Assembly: GCF_032444005.1 (NCBI RefSeq)
Contig: NC_091282.1
Span: 1,021,760,001 to 1,021,824,000, forward strand
DNA length: 64,000 nucleotides
Source: Ranitomeya imitator
Lineage: Eukaryota
Direction: 5' to 3'
In this document: positions 47,990-60,100 of the stretch, in pieces
Layout: every line of letters begins with the position of its first letter
How positions within the stretch are numbered: the stretch's first letter is position 1
The notes under the pieces: generated by a model
What the model was told of the DNA's origin: nothing
Seen by the model: the letters and a program-made list of their open reading frames with translations, nothing else
The model's database searches: none
Made by a program: the position numbers and the translations under genes

Positions 47990-49563
47990 CAGAGGTGTAT
48001 CTAGGGCTTCTGGCACCCGGGGCAAGAATTCATTTTGGCGCCCCCCCCCCCAGGACATATGCGATTTTCACACTTAGTCATGTACCGACGAGCTCCTCTC
48101 CCTAATGCTCTCAATGTTCAGTGAAAAACGGAGAAGCAGAAGAGAAGCTCGTTGTCACAGGACCGTAAGTATGAAAGTCGCATATGAGAGAAGTGTCCAT
48201 GTGACGACTACTGGAACCTGCAGAGCTGAATCCTGACATCGCAGCTTCTGAATTCTCACAACTAATGTGCTGCACATTTTTAGGATTCTCCCTTGCCTGT
48301 GGACAGTCATGTCAGCACAAGTATGTGATTTGTATACTTCTGGCCACATTCCGACTAGACGTGTCTGACCTCGCTCAGTTAATTTTCATTGAGTGAGGCC
48401 ACACATGTCTAGTCAGCATGTGACCGCATGTATGTAAATCGCCAGCATGAGAGAATTCTGACAGTGTGCAGTGCGCACTGTGAGAACTCAGAAGTCTGCC
48501 CTCGTTCCCCAATACTGTTTCCTCATACATGCCAACCCATTCCCCTGTACTGTTTCCTCATATATGCCCCCCCATCTCCCCCTTTGCTCTTCATTTTGTG
48601 TCCTTAAATCCCCCCATCTCCTCTCCAAATCTCCCCCACACAATAAATCCCCCATTCCCCACACAACTCCTCATCATTCCCCCATTCCCCACACAGCTCC
48701 TCATCATCTCCCCATTTCCCACACAGCATCTCATCATCTCCCCATTCCCCACACAGCATCTCATCATCTCCCAATTCCCCACACAGCGTCTCATCAGCCC
48801 CCATTTCCCACACAGGGTCTCATCAGCCCCTATTCCCCAGACAGCTCCTCATCATCCCCCTATTCCCCACACAGGGTCTCATCAGCCCCCATTTCCCACA
48901 CAGTGTCTCATCATCTCCCCATTCCCCACACAGCGTCTCATCATCCCCCATTTCCCACACAGTGTCTCATCATCCCCCATTTCCCACACAGGGTCTCATC
49001 AGCCCCTATTTCCCAGACAGCTCCTCATCATCCCCCTATTCCCCACACAGTGTCTCATCATCCCCCCATTTCCCACACAGCGTCTCATCAGCCCCTATTC
49101 CAAATGCGTCCTCATTCCCTTGTACCCTGGGTCCACCATGGTGCAGCTCCTCTCCTCACATGGCTCCATGCTGCAGCCCCTTGGTCCTCTCTTCGCACGG
49201 CTCCATGCTGCAGCTCCTCATTTCCGGATTCTCTTCTCCACCAGCAGCTTCCTGCAATTGACTCCTCCCCCTCAAGAAATCAACTCCAGTTTAGACGCTG
49301 CCCTGCAGTCAGATCTTCAATTGTACTCTGTCTAAGATACGAGTACAACTGAATACTGGGAGCCGGCGCGCTGCAGCTTCTCTGTGCCGGCTGTCAGCTT
49401 GACAGTCGGCACAGAGAACAGCTGACTCCCAGTCCGGGGGGCGGCAGAATGCAGCTGCTGGGGGAGACACTGCGGACCGCCGCGTTAGGTGGCCCGACTG
49501 CGCCCCCCTGCCAGCTGCGCCCGGGGCAAATGCCCCGGCTGCCCCCCCCTAGATACGCCACTG
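47990..49563. mobile_element. Nested non-autonomous hAT element, 1574 bp
   Basis: TIRs CAGAGGTGTATCTAGGG / CAGTGGCGTATCTAGGG; TSD ACATCAAG (47982-47989 / 49564-49571); the sister copy has the empty site at ~686-710. Confidence 0.92.
48650..49100. repeat. 30-bp minisatellite
   Basis: Repeated unit CCCCATTCCCCACACAGCATCTCATCATCT with variants. Confidence 0.9.
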
Positions 49564-49619
49564 ACATCAAGGAGCGGCAGACACTATTAGTAGGGCCAAC
49601 AAAACAAGTAGGCCAAATG

Positions 49620-50350
49620 CAGTGTTATAGTAAAAACAATTTAACGAGAGCTTGAAGATAGAAGCTAGGGAGAGGCAACCTGGAGAACACCTTGGAGCGG
49701 AAGACACCGTTTGTAGAACCCAGACCCAACTTGTAGGCCTAATGCAGTGTGGTTTAAACAACTACTTAACGAGAGCTTGAAGATAGAAGCTAGGGAGAGG
49801 CAACCTGGAGAACACCTTGGAGCGGTAGACACCGTCTCTACATCCCAGACCCAACTTGTAGGCCTAATGCAGTGTTGTTTCAACAACTACTTAACGAGAC
49901 CCTGAAAATGGAATTTCAGGACAGGAAACCAGAAGAACAGCACGGAGCGGCATACACAATTAGTAGGCCCCAACCAAACTAGTAGCCCCACTGCAGTTGT
50001 TCAATTAAAAAACTATTTAACAAGAGCCTGAAGATTGAAGCTCAGGAAAGGCAACCAGGAGAACACCTTGGAGCAGCAGACACTGTTAGTAGGCCTCAAA
50101 CAAACTAGTAGCCCCACTGCAGTTGTTCGATTAAAAAACTATTTAACAAGAGCCTGAAGATTGAAGCTCAGGAAAGGCAACCAGGAGAACACCTTGGAGC
50201 AGCAGACACTGTCTCTACAACCCAAACCCAACTTGTAGGCCTAATGCAGTGTTGTTTCAACAACTACTTAACAAGAGCTTCAAGATAGAAGCGAGGGAGA
50301 GGCAACAGAGAGAACACCTTGGAGCGGAAGACTCAGTTTGTAGACCACAG
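49620..50350 (-). repeat. ~122-128-bp tandem array inside the hAT 3' region
   Basis: GAAGAT(A/T)GAAGC...GGCAACC...GAACACCTTGGAGC recurs about six times; it is the reverse complement of the array at 1-480. Confidence 0.85.
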
Positions 50351-51338
50351 CAAAACTTGTGGCCCCAATGCAGTTTTATAATTCTGACAAGCTGAAAATC
50401 AGCCTTTTTTTTTTTTAAGAGGAGGACAGCTGTTTTAAGTGGCGCAGACAGACACTGCTAGTAGGCCTTACACCACAAAGTAGGCTCACTGCAGGTTGAA
50501 AAAAGTTACATGGGTACACGGTTGGCATTGTTGTGCTCAGCGGAGGACAAATGGAAGGAGGGACCGCAGACAGACTTAGTAGGCCTAAAATTTAAAAAAA
50601 TAGGCTCAAATCAATTTGAATTATCTTGCAGGGGTACACAGACAGCATTGGTGTGGTCAGCGGAGGACGATTGGAAGGAGTGTCTGACACAGTTAGTACT
50701 CCCAAAAAATAAATAGATGTTAATGTCTCGCAAAACAACAAAACCAAAAAATAAAAGGGTGGCATACTTAGGTACAGGGGTGGGCTCCTCTGCTGAGTTT
50801 CAGACATAGTAAATTGGCGCTAAGTATTTACTGGTGTCAATATAGGACACTGACCCTGACTATTTGAACTAGCATCATACATGTCAACAAATTGGTATTG
50901 TCAGTGCCAGGCATTGAAGGATGTCAGCGCATAGACTAAACTTTGGTGGAGCTGTGAGAGATAATTTTGCAAGTGGTAGAGCACTGTTTGAGCTGGGGGG
51001 GAAACTCTCTTGTGGCCTGGCGGTACAGGCCCAGGGCCCCTCATGTTACAACGGTGTGTCTGACGTTGGTTGCGCGCCACCACCGCCAGAGACACTTTAT
51101 TGTACTATGAGGGACGCAGTGGCAGTGCCATTGACCAAAAGCGGGCACACCCACCTCTTCAGACAAACGGCACTCTCACGGGTACTTGCGCCAAGTGGCG
51201 AGACCACGGCCCCGTGGGGGGAGTTAGCCCATTTAGGGAGGTGTAAATATGTCTTATGCTGGACAGCAGCTGCTGCATATTAAGAGATTGGAACAGTCAG
51301 TAAGACCAGTCCACAAGCAAGACCTTTTTATAGGAAAG

Positions 51339-54300
51339 CTAGGTGTCAGCCGGGAAAGGTGGGGCAAAACAATTCGAAATCCATGAGTGGTTCATTTTAA
51401 TGAAGGTTAGATCATCAACATTTTGGGTAGCCAGACGAGTCCTTTTTTCGGTCAATATTGAACCAGCAGCACTGAATACTATTTCTGATAGCACACTAGC
51501 TGCTGGGCAAGCAAGCTCCTGCAATGCATATTCTGCCAATTCAGGCCAGGTGTCTATTTTGGATGCCCAGTAATCAAATGGGAATGACGGTTGAGGGAGA
51601 ACATCGATAAGGGATGAAAAATAGTTAGTAACCATACGGGACAAATGTTGTCTCCTGTCACTTTGAATTGATGCTGCAGTACCTGTCCTGTCTGCGGTCA
51701 TTGCGAAATCACTCCACAACCTGGTCAGAAAACCCCTCTGTCCAACGCCACTTCTGATTTGTGCACCTCTAACACCTCTGCCCTGTTGCCCCCTGCAACT
51801 CGTGTGAGAACCATCACCGGCGCTGTGTGCTGGGAATGCCTGAATCAAACGGTCTACCAGAGTTGCTTGTTTGGTTGCTAATATTTGTTCGAGGTTCTCA
51901 TGTGGCATGATATTTTGCAATTTGCCTTTATAGTGAGGATCAAGGAGGCAGGCCAACCAGTAATCATCATCGGTCATCATTTTAATAATGCATGGGTCCC
52001 TTTTGAGGAAACATAAGGCATAATCCGCCATGTGGGCCAAAGTTCCAGTTGTCAAATCTGCGGTTGTGCTTGGTTGAGGGGCAAATCTACGACACTTGTC
52101 TCCCTCAAAAAACCTGAACCTGGCCTTGCAACGCCACCAGTTTCTACTGGCCCCGGAGAAGCTTCCTCATTCAAAAAATACTCATCCCCATCATCCTCCT
52201 CGTCCTCCTCCTCTTCGCCCGCTACCTCGTCCTGTAGATTGCCCAGACCAGACAATGGCTGACTGTCATCAAGGTTTTCCTTTTCTACTCGGCTGCAGAC
52301 GCCTGCTCCTTTATGTGCGTCAAACTTTGCATCAGCAGACACATTAGGGCGATGCTCATGCTTATTATGGCGTTGTCTCCACTAACCAGCCATGTGCATT
52401 CCTCAAAACACTGAAGGACTTGACACAGGTCTTGTACCTTCGACCACTGCACACCTGACAAATCCATGTCTGCCATCCAACTGCCTGCCCGTGTATGTGT
52501 ATCCTCCCACAAATACATAACAGCACGCCTCTGTTCGCACAGTCTCTGAAGCATGTGCAGTGTGGAGTTCCACCTTGTTGCAACGTTGATGATTAGGCGA
52601 TGCTGGGGAAGGTTCTGCATACGTCTGGAGTGTACGGGCGAATGGCGGATATGCATGCAAAGTCTGCGCACTTTGAGGAGCAGGTCGGGTAACCCTGGAT
52701 AACTTTTCAGAAAGCACTGCACCACCAGGTTTAAGGTGTGAGCCTGGCAAGGAATGTGTTTCAGTTGGGAAAGGGCTATGGCAGCCATAAAATTCCTTCC
52801 GTTATCACTCACTACCTTGCCTGCCTCAAGATGTACAGTGCCCAGCCATGACTGAGTTTCTTTCTGCAAGAACTCGGACAGAACTTCCGCAGTGTGTCTG
52901 TTGTCACCCAAACACTTAATTGCCAATACAGCCTGCTGACGCTTGCCACTAGCTGTCCCATAATGGGATACCTCGTGTGCAACAGTGGCAGCTGCGGATG
53001 GAGTGGTTGTGCGACTGCGGTCTGTGGACGAGCTCTCGCTTCTGCAGGAGGACGAGGAGGAGGGGGGCGAACGCCTGCAGCCAACTGTTTCCTAGACCGT
53101 GGGCTAGGCAGAACTGTCCCAATATTGCTGTCCCCTGTGGACCCTGCATCCACCACATTAACCCAGTGTGCCGTGATGGACACGTAACGTCACTGGCTAT
53201 GCCTACTGGTCCATGCATCTGTTGTCAGGTGCACCTTTGTACTCACAGATTGCCTGAGTGCATGGACGATGTGGTCTTTTACATGCTGGTGGAGGGCTGG
53301 GATGGCTTTTCTCAAAAAGAAGTGTCGACTGGGTAGCTCGTAGCGTGGTACAGCGTAGTCCATCAGGGCTTTGAAAGCTTCGCTTTCAACTAACCGGCAG
53401 GGCATCATCTCTAATGAGATTAGTCTAGCAATGTGGGCATTCAAACCTTGTGTAAGCGGATGCGAGGATGAGTACTTCCTTTTCCTAACGAGAGTCTCAT
53501 GTAGGGTGAGCTGTACTGGAGAGCTGCAGATGGTGGAACTAGCGGGGGTGCCGGTGGACATGGCAGACTGAGAGAGGGTTAGAGATGGTATTCTTGCTGG
53601 TGCCCTACATGCAGTGTTTCCTACCACGAACCTGGTGATTCCCTGACTGCTTTGGCCTGGCGACGAAACCTGCACATTTACTGCAGGTGGTGCGGGAAAT
53701 GGTGGGCTTACAGTGAGGGAAGGGATGTAGCGTTGCTGACTAGCTTCATTGGCCGAGGGTGCTACAACCTTAAGGGATGTTTGGTAGTTAGTCCAGGCTT
53801 GCAAATGCATGGTGGTTATATATCTACGCATGCAACTTGTATTTAGACTTTTAAGATTCTGACCTCTGCTTAAGGTAGTTGAACATTTTTGACAGATGAC
53901 TTTGCGCTGATCATTTGTATGTTGTTTAAAAAAATGCCAGACTGCACTCTTTCTACTATCGGATACCTTTTCAGGCATTGCAGACTGAGCTTCTTTAACC
54001 GGATGGCCACGCTGTCCTACAACTGGTTTTGGTTTTGCCACGCGTTTTTGGCCAGATTCGGGCCCGGCTGATGGAACCTGTTGCGATGTTGATGCCTGCT
54101 GCGGCTCCTCCTCCTCCGCTTCAGAGCTACTGCCGCCTGCACCCTGTTCCCCCAATGGCTGCCAATCGGGGTCAACAACTGGGTCATCTATGACCTCCTC
54201 TTCTATCTCGTGTGCAACTTTGTCTGTGTCACCTTGTAAGCCTGTGGTATAGCGTTCGTGACGGGGCACCATAGTCTCATCAGGGTCTGATTCTGGATCA

Positions 54301-54856
54301 GTACACTGCGAGGGCAATGTTCTGCTCTGAGTCAAAGGAACAGCATAGTAATCTGGCTGTGGCTGTGCATCTGTACACTCCATGTCCGATTCAACTTGTA
54401 ATGGACATGGCCTGTTACCGTTCCTGGGTTAGAAAGTGAAACAGTTATGTGTAAAGAGCTCCATCGAGTAACCCGTTGTGTCGCCTGACGCATCCTTCTC
54501 TGTTGTTCTTGGTGAAGAAGACAAGGAAGCGACTTGTCCCTGACCGTGAACATCCACTAACGATGCGCTGATTTACATTTAGCAGTTTCAGAAGAGGAGG
54601 CAAAAGAGCTAGAGGCTGAGTCAGCAAGGAAAGCCAAAACTTGTTCCTGCTGCTCCGGCTTTAAAAGCGGTTTTCCTACTCCCAGAAAAGGGAGCGTTCG
54701 AGGCCTTGTGTAGCCAAACGATGAACCTGGCTCAACAACTCGAAACTTAGGTGCTATATTGCTTTTCCCACGACCACCTGATGCTCCACCACTGCCATCA
54801 TTACCAGCTGGCAATGACCGCCCACGGCCATGACCTCTTCCACCAGACTTCCTCAT
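51339..54856 (-). pseudogene. hAT transposase with BED zinc finger and a long disordered N-terminus; frameshifted
   Basis: SAVWHFF...VICQKC (BED finger), HLTTDAW, VSDNGRNF, C(Q)AHTLNL, NVATRWNS, and the C-terminal dimerisation motif PAASVLSE.VFSAAG. Confidence 0.92.
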
Positions 54857-54999
54857 TGTTTGAAAAACGTAACCCAACTAATGGTATTTGTTACTGTAAA
54901 ACCAGTTACAAGGTGAATTCAAACTTCTGTTGGATTTATATATCCCTTTATAGGTGGGTGAGACTGCAGGGAAAATCAGGCCCAATGTATAACAGTACA

Positions 55000-55700
55000 C
55001 AGCTTCAGTGGCAGACAGATATGCCACTAACAGGACTGACGCTGATGCAGACACTACCAATAAAAATCTCCCCCTTTTTATTTTTTCTAGGAGAATATTG
55101 AAGAAATGTGGCCCACTCTTACACAGTATATGTTCTGTGGCACAAAATTAGAGACAGATGCCACACACAGCACTGGCAATGAGGCAGAATTGCCAATCTT
55201 AATCTCCCAATATTTTTTTTTTCAGGGAGAATTGAAAAGAAATCTGGCCCAGTATTACACACTAGGTTTAATGTGGCACAAAAATTGAGACAGGTGGCAC
55301 ACACAGGACTGGCACTGAAGCAGAAATGCCAATCTTAATCTCCCACTGTTTTTTTTTCAGGGAGAATTTAAAAGAAATCTGGCCCAGTATTACACACTAG
55401 GTTTAATGTGGTGCAAAATTAGAGACTGATGCCACACACAGCACTGGCACTGAGGCAAAATTGCCAATCTTAATCTCCCACTATTTTTTTTTTTATTTAT
55501 GGGAGAATTGGCAAGAAATCAGGCCCACTGTTAGACTGTATGCTTTCTGTGCCAGAAAATGAGACACAGATGCCACACACAGGACTGCCACTGATGCAGA
55601 TTTGCCAATTTTAATCAGCAACCTTTTTTTTTTTTCTTCAGGGAGACTAGTGAATAAATCTGGGCCACTGTATTAGACTATATTTTCTGTGGCAGAAAGT
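55000..55700. repeat. ~136-bp tandem array in the hAT 5' region
   Basis: GGCACAAAATTAGAGACAGATGCCACACACAGCACTGGC-like units at 55139, 55275, 55410, ~55549 and ~55690. Confidence 0.85.
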
Positions 55701-57168
55701 GGCTTGAAGAGATATAACGAAACAAAAAAAAAAAAAAAGGGACTGTCCTACAATTACTATCTCCCTGCAGTAATCTCAGCAAAGTATGGCAGGCAGCAAT
55801 AACAAGGAGTGGTCTGCTGCACAAAAAAGTCAAAAGTGTGGACAAACAAACAAGATAGCTGTGCAGAAAGGAAGGAGCAACAGGATTTGTGCTTTGAAAA
55901 AAGCAGTTGGTTTGCACAGCGGCGTACTAACAGCAATGCAGCTATCAGGGAGCCTTCTAGGGCAGCCCAATGAGCTACAGCGCTGAGGGAAAAAAAATGT
56001 AGCCTCCACTGTCCCTGTAAACAAAAGGTGGTGTTGGACAGTGGAAATCGCTACAGCACAAGCGGTTTGAGGGTTAATGTACCCTGCCTAACGCTATCCC
56101 TGCTTCTGACGAAGCGGCAGCAACCTCTCCCTATGCTCCGATCAGCAGCAGTAAGATGGCGGTCAGCGGGAACGCCCCTTTATAGCACCTGTGACGCCGC
56201 AGAAAGCAAGCCAATCACTGTAATGCCCTTCTCTAAGATGGTGGGGACTGAGACCTATATCATCACGCTGCCCACACTCTGCGTCCACCTTCATTGGCTG
56301 AGAAATGGCGCTTTTCGCGTACTTGAAACATGACTTTGGCGCAAAAGTCGCGTACCGCATGGCCGACCTCACACAGGGATCGGGTCGGGTTTCATGAATC
56401 CCGACTTTGCCAAAAGTCGCCGACTTATAAAAATGACTGACCCGTTTCGCTCAACCCTACTTATGACCATGTGATATTTCAGTTTTTCTTTTCTAATAAA
56501 TTTGCAAAAATTTCTATATTTCTGTTTTTTTTCAGTCAAGATAGGGAACAGAGTGTACATTAATGAGAAAAAAAATTAACTTTTTTGAATTTAACAAATG
56601 GCTGCAATGAAACAAATACTTTCCATACCCACTGTATATACAGTATGTATATTTTTTTTATAAAATTCAAAGGAAATGTATCATATTTAACTTTTATTTT
56701 ATCTTCAACTTGCTTACCTGTTCACAATAACAGTAATTTTGACAATGAGTGCCCAAACTTTTATATGGCACTGTAAGACCTATAGCCTTATATAGTTTTT
56801 TAACACATTGCTACTTTTGCACAATAAAATCAATATTTAAAAGAAAATAAATGATTTTTGCATTGCTGTATTCTGAGAGCTGTAGTATATTTTTATTTTT
56901 CTGCCAATATAGCTGAGTGAGGGCTTGTTCTTTTGAAGGACAAATTTACATCTTTGATTACATCAATTATTTTTGCATATGACTTTTATTTGCTTTTTAT
57001 TTCATTTTTAGCATGTGAGTGTAATGAAGAAGCTGAATTTGTGAATTTGGGGATTTTTTTAAATTTATTTTTCACCGATTTCACATATAAGATAAATAAT
57101 GTTACACAATTCCATCTAAGGTTGTGCCTGAGGCAGCAAACAATGTAGTATTGTTATTGTTTTTATAT

Positions 57169-60100
57169 TGTAGCATAGCTAAAGTGTGTATAGTCGTTGG
57201 GAGGTATGTGTCACATAAGTGCCTTGTTGCTGTAATGTAGCCTAAAGTATTTCTTTGTTGTACATAACCATGTATATATATGTGTTTCAGGACCTGTGGT
57301 GATGTCAGACCACATGGCTAATCATGTGATGGGTTACTGGGTGTGGTTAGCTCTATATAAGACAGGCTAATGCTTAACACAGCAGATATGTGTGGAGGTG
57401 AAACCCTCCTGAGTGTGTGAAGGCTCCAGGACTGAGCCTGATGGACTGGACACTTTGTTTTCTTTTCCTGAGCTAAAGGCTATTTGTTTGCTGTTATTTT
57501 GCCATGTGGTTTATGAAGTAATAAACCCTGTGAACTTTTAAAGGAACGTGCCTCCTGAGTGTCAGCCGTCGCACCTGAGTGAGTGAAATCCCTACAATTG
57601 GTGGTAGACGTGCGGGCAGCGTTCCTAGCGGAAGACGTAAGTCTATTATTGAATGTCCTGGATCAAGTCTGTTGTAAGCCAGCAAGCATTGCCTGGGAAA
57701 ATGGAGGACCTGCTGAAACACTTGGTCCAGTTGCAGTCACAGCAGGAGCAATGGCAGCAAGAGACCAACAGGCTGTTGATGCAGCAGATACAACAGAGCC
57801 AGCAGGAGCAACGGCAGCAGATGCAGCTTCTGGCAACCGCCATCCAGGGCAGGACGAGCGCCCCAACCTCAGGTCTGGCTGATGACACCCACGTCCGGAA
57901 GACGGTAAGACGCGCATTGCAGAAAATGACTCCCGGGGATGATGTTGAGGACTTCCTGATGGTGTTTGAGAGGGTCGCTGAGAGGGAAAATCTTCCGCCA
58001 GAGCAGTGGGCAGAGGCACTGGAGCCATACCTGGCGGGAGAACCCCAGAAGGCGTACTATGATTTGACCTTGCAGGATGCCAAAGAGTATCACAAATTGA
58101 AAGTTGAGATTCTCGCATGTTTGGGGGTGACACTGACTGTCAGGGCACAGTGAGTTCACTGCTGGGCCTATCACCGGGACAAACCGCCTCGCTCTCAAAT
58201 GTTTGACCTGTTGCACCTGGTCCAGAAATGGCTGCAGCCAGAGTCGTGTACACTTGCACAGATGGTGGAACGAGTGATGATGGATTGGTTTGTGCATTCC
58301 CTCCCGAGGTCCATACAGACTTGGGTTGCCCAGGGTGATCCCCAGAATGCCGACAAACTGATCGGACTGGTTGAGAGATACCAAGGGTTGGAAGGCTCCT
58401 CTGGGAAGCAACCCATGCCGTGCTGGGGTTCCCAGAAGGGAGCTGAGTCCCAAAAAGGGGTGGCGCGTCCAAGGTCACAAAGGGCAGAGGAGGTGGTGCC
58501 CAAGGTCCCTATGGGTGATATTATTTGTTGGAGGTGCCACGGGCCAGGACATATAGCTGCCCGTTGTTCACAGACCACTGAGCAGATGGACTGCAGCATG
58601 GGACACCGTTGTTCATACTATGCGTATCCAGCCTGCAGTGTGAACTCTCCGCCCAACAAGGGACCTCAAGCGTATCCCATAAAGGTGAACGGTTGAGCAG
58701 TAACGGCACTGTTAGACTCAGGGAGCCTAGTAACCCTGGTGAGGGCCACTTTTCCTCTCCACCTGCTCCCGGGAAAGAAGGTCAAAGTGCGGTGCATACA
58801 TGGTGATGCAAAGGACTACCTTATGGCCAGGGTGGACATTGAAACGGCATGTGGCACTGAGTCCCACATAGTCAGCGTCGTGCAGGACTTCTTGCACCCT
58901 ATAATTATTGGCTGGGATTTCTGTTTGTTTTGGGATTTGTGGGGAAAAGGTTCTGAGCTCCCTAGCAAGAGTAGGTAACCAATGAACCCTGGAAGGGTGT
59001 CGCCACACACGGAGTCAGACAGGTTTCCTTTTTGTGTTCTGGTTGGGGATGAGGAGGAAGTGTCCCCTGCATCTGACATTCTGGAGTTAGAGGTAACCGG
59101 TGAAAATTTTGGGACTGCCCAACATAGGGACCCCACTCTGAGGGAAGCCTTTAATAATGTCACAGTTATTGACGGGGTGGTACAGGAGCCGGGGGCAGAC
59201 ACAAGATTTCCCCATTTTCTGATGAGTGGGGAGTTGTTGTACCGGGTCATGAAAATAAGGGAGGAGTTGGTAGAGCAGTTGGTAGTGCCGGGTCCATATA
59301 GACGGAAGGTGTTGGACATGGCCCATTCACACATCTTGGGTGGACACCTAGAGGTGGAAAAAACGCAGGAGCGGGTTGTGCAGAGGTTCTATTGGCCTGG
59401 GTGTCTCCGGGAAATAGTGAACTATTGCAGGTCCTGCCCTACATGTCAGATAACTGCTCCCACTCCTCATTTCCGGAACCCCCTTGTGCCACTGCCCATT
59501 ATTGAGGTGCTGTTCGAGAGAATTGCCATGGACTTGGTTGGTCCCTTAGTTAAATCAGCCCGGGGCCATCAGTATATATTAGTCATCCTGGTCTATGCCA
59601 CATGCTATCCTGAGGCAATTCCCTTGAGAAATTCTTCCTCGAAGAGTATAGCCCGCGAGTTGGTCCATGTCTTTTCCCGGACAGGTCTGCCGAAGGAGAT
59701 CCTGACTGACCAGGGGACACCTTTCATGAGCAAGGTGATGAGGGAGTTATGCAAAGCCCTGAAAATCTCCCAGTTGAGGACCTCGGTGTACCATCCCCAG
59801 TCAGATGGCCTTGTTGAGAGATTTAACAAGACACTGAAGAGCATGCTGAGAAAAGCTATAGAGAAAGATGGTAGAGACTGGGATTGTCTCTTACCCTATT
59901 TGATGTTTTCCATTCGTGAAGTTCCACAGGCCTCCACAGGGTTCTCACCGTTTGAGCTTCTATATGGCCGACATCCGCGAGGACTCCTGGATATAGCCAA
60001 GGAAACCTGGGAAGCCGAAGTCACGCCCCACAGAAGCGTCATTGAGCATGTGGCCCTGATGCAGCAGAGGATTGCAAAGGTGATGCCTATCGTGAAAGAA

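Larger units (their letters stand above)
46998..56459 (-). mobile_element. Complete 9462-bp hAT transposon
   Basis: 13-bp TIR TAGGGTTGAGCGA at both ends; perfect 8-bp TSD CTTATGAC (46990-46997 / 56460-56467); BED/hAT transposase relic inside. Confidence 0.96.
46600..56634 (+). mobile_element. 3' part of a Tc1 relic split by the hAT insertion (46600-46997 and 56468-56634)
   Basis: FQQDNDPK and WPS.SP.LNPIEHL remnants before 46997; the sequence resumes after the TSD and ends CCCACTG-TA at 56634-56636. Left boundary is approximate. Confidence 0.75.

Noticed and set aside
48471-49352. 293-aa and 268-aa His/Pro-rich ORFs
   Set aside because: They are translation artefacts of a stop-free 30-bp minisatellite inside a non-autonomous hAT.
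51339-54856. Host ZBED gene
   Set aside because: It is frameshifted and enclosed by TIRs with a perfect 8-bp TSD.
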